Below, one piece after another: positions 59,130 to 64,000 of a stretch of 64,000 nucleotides of DNA. A program made the position numbers and the translations under genes. The notes beneath the pieces were generated by a model that was not told the DNA's origin, ran no database searches, and saw only the letters and a list, made by a program, of their open reading frames with translations. The stretch comes from an uncultured archaeon (lineage in GTDB: Archaea; Thermoplasmatota; Thermoplasmata; Thermoplasmatales; Thermoplasmataceae), in assembly GCA_000965745.1 (NCBI GenBank), contig CP009479.1, positions 896,001-960,000 of the forward strand. The letters run 5' to 3'. Within the stretch, counting starts at the first letter, position 1, and each line of letters starts with the position of its first letter.

Positions 59130-60934
59130 TTATCGCGACCCCTAACTCTTACTGCAGCTACCACACCAACTATTATGAGGATGGCAGCACCTATTCCATA
59201 CAGAACGTAGTTGTTGCTTCCCGCAGGAGTCGAGTTTGCATTTGCCGGCTCAACCTGTATGAATGTCAGGTAGTCCATTCCTCCAAAGGGACCTCCAGGG
59301 AAAGACGAGTTGATGTTCGTGTATGCGGTAGACCATACATTTATCGAAGTCGGTGCTACAAGCGAGAGATACGGCAGCTGGTTGTAGAGCATCTGCTGCA
59401 TCTGGTTAGAGATGTTTTTTGCCTCGGCAGGTGTGGATGCGTTCAGGAGCTGGGTCCACAGACTGTCATAAGTCGAATTTGTAAATCCGCTGTCTGATGT
59501 TCCTGTGACAACCTGGCCCGAAAGGAACACGCTCAGAAGCTGGGGTGCAGCCTGAACATTGTCAAACCAGTCCCAGAGATCTATATCCTGCCCCAGGGTC
59601 CCATTGCTGGACCATATTGTAGCGGCCATGCTTCCGGTAGTCTCGGCCTGGACTGTGATCTTTACCCCTATCGATGAGAGGTTGGATGCAACCAGCTGCG
59701 CAAGGTTAACCGCTTCAGTATCGCCGCTTGGCACGAGCAGTGTGTAGGCAAGCTTTGCTCCCGTGGAATTCTCCCTTACTCCGTTGACGGTCTTGTTGAA
59801 ACCGGCCTGGTCAAGCATCTGTTTTGCCAGAGACACATTGTAGCTGTAAGGCTGCAGGTTGTGGTCGTAATACTGGTTTGTTGGTGCGAGCACTGATGCT
59901 AGTGTGTTTGCATATCCATGGTACACCGTGTCCGCCAGGTATGTCATGTTGAGGGCGTGAGCTATGGCCTGCCTCACCGTGAGATTGTGGAGTGTCGGAT
60001 TTCCCGTTCCATTGGGGTCAACGTTGAATGCCAGATACATGTATTCCAGGCTTGGGCTCTGTGTGACCTTGTAGTTGCTGTTGTTCTGGAACTGGCCTAT
60101 GTTGGCAGGCAGAATCCTTGAGAGCCCCTGCACTGCACCGCTCTGAAGTGCGGAAATTGCCGAACTCTGGCTGCCGAACTCCTGGAATATCACTGTGCTG
60201 ATCTTTGGCTGTTGCGAGGGTATGAACCATTTCGGGTTTTTCTCGAGTTTGGCATACTGGTTTACTACATATTTAGTGAGAACGAAGGGACCGTCTCCAA
60301 CAAAGTATGTTGTGCCGTTTGAATTGTAACCCGGGTATGTAGCAGGATCCACATTTTTCCATATGTGGTATGGAACAATGTAAACATAGGCGGCAAACAT
60401 TTCCCAGAGAACTCCGTTGAAGGCAATCATAACCTGGTGTGGCCCTAGTGCTGTTACATTCGTCACTGCGGCTGTATACTCTGATATGAACGTGTAGTTC
60501 CGCTTGGCTATGTTGTAAGTGTACACAACATCCTGTGAGGTGACATTAACTCCGTCTGACCATACTGCATTCGGGTTCAGGTTGAATATTGCAGTGTGGT
60601 TTGAGTAATTGATAGTCCATGAGCTTGCCAGCGCGGGCTGAATCGTATGGTTGGCAGGATCAAAATTCACTAGCGGAAGAAGCTGGTTGGAATTGATCCA
60701 TGATGTCAGTTGCGAATAGGACGTGAACGGATTCAACGTGTCAATGTACGTTCCAAACCATCCGGTTGTAAAGGTCTGATTCCCGCTGGAGGCAGCTGCC
60801 GGCTGGGCAACACCACCTCCCGACTGTACGATGGCCTGCCCACCCGACCCCAGAAGGATCAGGGCTGATATTACTATCGCAGAGACAATCGCGAGTCGGG
60901 TTGAATATCTATGATTTTTCATCATAAGGAGCAC
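59126..60934 (-). CDS. Peptide ABC substrate-binding protein (family 5) with C-terminal TM anchor
   Basis: WSDG..VTSQDV, GDGPF and VRQAIAHA motifs; signal peptide and C-terminal TM. Confidence 0.92.
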   Translation of the reverse strand: MLLMMKNHRYSTRLAIVSAIVISALILLGSGGQAIVQSGGGVAQPAAASSGNQTFTTGWFGTYIDTLNPFTSYSQLTSWINSNQLLPLVNFDPANHTIQPALASSWTINYSNHTAIFNLNPNAVWSDGVNVTSQDVVYTYNIAKRNYTFISEYTAAVTNVTALGPHQVMIAFNGVLWEMFAAYVYIVPYHIWKNVDPATYPGYNSNGTTYFVGDGPFVLTKYVVNQYAKLEKNPKWFIPSQQPKISTVIFQEFGSQSSAISALQSGAVQGLSRILPANIGQFQNNSNYKVTQSPSLEYMYLAFNVDPNGTGNPTLHNLTVRQAIAHALNMTYLADTVYHGYANTLASVLAPTNQYYDHNLQPYSYNVSLAKQMLDQAGFNKTVNGVRENSTGAKLAYTLLVPSGDTEAVNLAQLVASNLSSIGVKITVQAETTGSMAATIWSSNGTLGQDIDLWDWFDNVQAAPQLLSVFLSGQVVTGTSDSGFTNSTYDSLWTQLLNASTPAEAKNISNQMQQMLYNQLPYLSLVAPTSINVWSTAYTNINSSFPGGPFGGMDYLTFIQVEPANANSTPAGSNNYVLYGIGAAILIIVGVVAAVRVRGRDK

Positions 60935-61198
60935 AATTAAGGGGTCATATTTATAAGTATCGACTATCGTATAATTGAGACGAATTTCGTATGGCTATAG
61001 CTAGAAAAACAGAATACAACGAATTTGCAGAAGGACAGCTATGATTATCGAAATCGTCTATGGACAAAATTTCTATGTATGAATTTCATAGTCAGAGTGC
61101 TAGATTGTGTTATGCATAAATAGATTCCGGTCGGCTTTACGTCATTTTCGTTTATGGTTTATTGAAATGGCAAAGTAACATCAGAAAATTGCCTGTAA

Positions 61199-62083
61199 TC
61201 AGTTTTTTCTTGCAATGAATAACTCAGAAAGGTATTGTTTTGTTATGCTCCCCCCATATTCTGAGTCTATTGTCCGGGCTATGCATTCAAGGAGCCCGTC
61301 TCTGTTTCTTCTGTTCATAGTGATGATGTCTGAGTAGGTCATAAGCAATGACACGTAATCAATTGAGGTATAGGTCTCCCGCCATCTGTAGGTCTCTGAA
61401 TACCATGTTCCGAAGCAACTGGAAAGATCGTCTTCCCATTTTCTGAGCTCAACTTCTGACTCCTCCGGGAGGTGGTATTCTTCGGTTGTTCCCGGATCCC
61501 ATCTACTGTAGCATTTCTGAGAATCCCTGAAAAAGTCGGAAGTGCCTCCATTAATATGGTGTGTGCTGATTATTGCAAGAAACCCTTGGTCTTTAATGGC
61601 GGACCCGGTCCGCTGGAACCTTGTGGCGGGATTCAGCCAGTGGAATGAAGTTGCTGCTATGATGAGATCGTAGTAACCCTCAGGCAAAGGATATTCATCA
61701 AAATCTGAGGTGACTATCTCCACTTTCTCATGACCCTTCAGGTTCGATTGTGCTATCCTCGCAAGATTTCCTCCAAGCTCCACACCTACGAGGCTAAATC
61801 CGAGCTTGGCAAGTTGAAGGGTCAGCTGGCCTGTTCCGGGACCCACTTCTAGGATCCTGCTGTTTTCGTCCAGCCCAGTTTTGGCTACGAGGTCTTTAAT
61901 CAGCCACTCAGGGTATTTCGGCCTTGAAGCATCATAACGCTCAGCTGCAAGGTCAAAGGACTTTCTCCTCAAATCAGTCTCTTCATCCATTCTCGCCAGC
62001 ATTCGATACCGTACTTGCGAATAAAATTTGGCGGAGGTGTCCAGCCTCATGAAAAACGAATTAAGCATAGCTTGTATTCCCAA
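61199..62083 (-). CDS. Class I SAM-dependent methyltransferase (true start likely near 61989-62001)
   Basis: YDASRPKYP, LEVGPGTG and ATSFHW motifs. Confidence 0.88.
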   Translation of the reverse strand: MGIQAMLNSFFMRLDTSAKFYSQVRYRMLARMDEETDLRRKSFDLAAERYDASRPKYPEWLIKDLVAKTGLDENSRILEVGPGTGQLTLQLAKLGFSLVGVELGGNLARIAQSNLKGHEKVEIVTSDFDEYPLPEGYYDLIIAATSFHWLNPATRFQRTGSAIKDQGFLAIISTHHINGGTSDFFRDSQKCYSRWDPGTTEEYHLPEESEVELRKWEDDLSSCFGTWYSETYRWRETYTSIDYVSLLMTYSDIITMNRRNRDGLLECIARTIDSEYGGSITKQYLSELFIARKN

Positions 62084-62088
62084 CCCGG

Positions 62089-62577
62089 ATGTTGCTCCTT
62101 GATCTCATAGTTCTATGGATCCATCTTTTCTTTGCCATAATATTCATAGGAGGGTCATTTTTCATATGGTTTGTAGTCTGGCCAGCTTCCTATGATGTAA
62201 CTGACGACGAAAAACTCAGAACAAAAGTAGTGGGGAAGATTGCAAAGAGGTTTGCATATTTTACTCATGTTTCGCTGGTACTCCTTGTCATTACTGGACT
62301 TTATAATGTGACATGGTATCTTCCATCTGCAGGTAACTTATTTACAACAATGGCTGGCAAGCTGCTGTTCACCAAGGCTCTGCTAGTCCTCGTGGTTATA
62401 GTGATGATCTACGTGAACAACCTGTACCACGGAAAGAAAATAATGAAGCTGTCTGAAGATGGAAAATACAGTGAAATGAGGAGGATCAGAAAGCGCACCC
62501 ATCTCTTCTCATATGCATCCCTTGGCATCCTGCTCGTGATAACTATCCTTGCAGCAGCAATGCAGTTCTACGGATAG
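62089..62577 (+). CDS. Four-TM membrane protein (CopD/DUF4149-like)
   Basis: WIHL...IGG, ITGLYN and GKLLFTK pattern. Confidence 0.7.
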   Translation: MLLLDLIVLWIHLFFAIIFIGGSFFIWFVVWPASYDVTDDEKLRTKVVGKIAKRFAYFTHVSLVLLVITGLYNVTWYLPSAGNLFTTMAGKLLFTKALLVLVVIVMIYVNNLYHGKKIMKLSEDGKYSEMRRIRKRTHLFSYASLGILLVITILAAAMQFYG

Positions 62578-62618
62578 ACGCCTATCTGGAAAAATAAAGG
62601 TGGTAAGTGTCTGGAGAA

Positions 62619-63182
62619 TTATCTCGCAGACTGGGCTATTCTTTCTATTTCATCTTTCTTGCTTACTGCAAAAGAATTCTGGTCATTTCTTGCAGCATGC
62701 ATTATTTCATCTGCAAGGCAGTTTACAATTGATTTTTTGTTCTTGAACGACGCTTTTGTTGCACCGATGGCAATATTCCTGAGCGCCTCATCAACTCTTC
62801 TTGACGGGGCAACATCAACCGCTTTTGGAACAGCTATTCCGCCGTATTTAAGCCTGGTAACCTCTTCCCTCGGGGCGGCATTCTCTATCGCATCGACAAG
62901 TATCTGAACCGGGTTCTGCTTCGTCTTCTGTGCAATAATGTCAAAAGCCTCTTTCAACGCCTTGTACGCGCTGTATTTCTTGCCGGTCCACTTCTCACTC
63001 CTCATAATCTTGTTGAGAAGCCTTTCAACAGTGTTCACATTTCTTTTTCCGGCCTGGTAGCTTGAAAATCTTCCTCCAGTGTGGAGGTTCAGGTTGGCTG
63101 TCAGGTTTATGTAATTTGCAAGGCCCTGATCGTGTATCTGGACCTCGTTGATTGAATATTCTCCAAGGAGCTTCAGTTCCAC
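62619..63182 (-). CDS. rps7: 30S ribosomal protein S7
   Basis: [18 protein letters not shown] and KKDEIERIA motifs. Confidence 0.97.
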   Translation of the reverse strand: MELKLLGEYSINEVQIHDQGLANYINLTANLNLHTGGRFSSYQAGKRNVNTVERLLNKIMRSEKWTGKKYSAYKALKEAFDIIAQKTKQNPVQILVDAIENAAPREEVTRLKYGGIAVPKAVDVAPSRRVDEALRNIAIGATKASFKNKKSIVNCLADEIMHAARNDQNSFAVSKKDEIERIAQSAR

Positions 63183-63183
63183 T

Positions 63184-63612
63184 TTATCTCACCGTTTTCT
63201 CCTTTCTTCCCTTGACAAGCTCAAGAAGCGATATCCCATTGACCTGGACGACCTTGTACCTGACTCCGGGGATATCTCCCTTGCTTCTTCCCATCCTTCC
63301 CCTGATACCTTCAACAAGGACTTCGTCGTGCTCATCAATGTAGTTTATCGCTCCGTCTCCCGGTGCAAAAGCTGTAATTTGCCGTCCGTTCTTGATGAGT
63401 TGGAGCTTGACACACTTTCGTATAGCTGAATTTGGCTGTTTTGCCTCAATTCCAATTTTCTCAATAACGATTCCCTTGGCCTGAGGGGCTCCTACCAGCG
63501 GATCGCTTTTCCTCTTGAGGTCCAGCATCCTCTTTTTATAGTCTCTATCTGACCATCGGTACTTTTTTCTCTGCGATTGAAGCTTTGACCCTGCATTTAT
63601 TCCATTTGCCAA
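63184..63612 (-). CDS. rps12: 30S ribosomal protein S12
   Basis: [12 protein letters not shown] and [10 protein letters not shown] motifs. Confidence 0.97.
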   Translation of the reverse strand: MANGINAGSKLQSQRKKYRWSDRDYKKRMLDLKRKSDPLVGAPQAKGIVIEKIGIEAKQPNSAIRKCVKLQLIKNGRQITAFAPGDGAINYIDEHDEVLVEGIRGRMGRSKGDIPGVRYKVVQVNGISLLELVKGRKEKTVR

Positions 63613-63734
63613 TTTACCACCTGTAATTTTACTCTTTGAATATGAAATTTAGAGATCGTTCTGCCCTAAACTTGTAACGACATTATAGCGTTGAAGTATA
63701 AAACCGTTACAATTTTCGGGAGTATGAAGGTGGA

Positions 63735-64000
63735 TTATTTTGTCTTTGCCACTATTCTGATCACGTCCCCTTCTTTCAGGACATGCTCCTTTGAAATGAC
63801 CATTTTCGTTCTTCCGTCTATGGCTTTGATGAAGCCCTTTCCTATTTCTGTGTGCACTCTGAAAGCCAGATCAAGGGCATTCTGCCCCTCCTTCATCATG
63901 ATGGCATCCGGAAGTATGTTCCCGTTCTTGTCTGTCCAGTGTGTTTCGTCATATACCGGGTAAACCACTATGTAGTGCAGTATTCTTACAACATGCTCCA
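63735..64000 (-). CDS. C-terminal TGS domain of a YchF/Obg-family translation-associated GTPase (truncated by the window edge)
   Basis: VYPV, GNILPDA, DLAFRVHTEIG and LKEGDVI motifs. Confidence 0.85.
   Translation of the reverse strand, partial: EHVVRILHYIVVYPVYDETHWTDKNGNILPDAIMMKEGQNALDLAFRVHTEIGKGFIKAIDGRTKMVISKEHVLKEGDVIRIVAKTK

Noticed and set aside
678-63963. Numerous antisense or overlapping ORFs in the track (e.g. 17425-18114, 25116-25811, 13525-14133)
   Set aside because: They are shadows of well-supported genes on the opposite strand or in another frame, with no motifs.

Overview
This looks like archaeal chromosomal DNA, most likely Thermoplasmatales. That call is an inference from the gene set (nurA-herA-mre11-rad50, deoxyhypusine synthase, archaeal asparagine synthetase, SepF, archaeal S12/S7) and the frequent TTG/GTG starts. 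The left edge carries a tyrosine integrase with a Zn-ribbon, a small HTH-like ORF and a six-copy GTGAAC array, probably the end of an integrated element. The core carries housekeeping and transport genes. After tRNA-Val(CAC) there is an accessory cluster of proline dehydrogenase, OCD/mu-crystallin, UbiD and an MHS transporter. Further on are an arsenic/phosphate block (methyltransferase, arsB, arsR, divergent metallophosphoesterase, pstSCAB, histidine phosphatase), a peptide ABC operon and rps12-rps7. The strongest signal the ORF track misses is a three-hairpin box H/ACA guide RNA on the minus strand at about 24495-24692. It has a TATA box, three K-loop hairpins and ATA/ACA/ACA boxes, and its third pocket is complementary to 23S helix 69. 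The ORF track absorbed it into a spurious N-terminal extension of a site-2 protease. No CRISPR array or rRNA was seen. All product calls come from motif recognition by eye; no database search was run.
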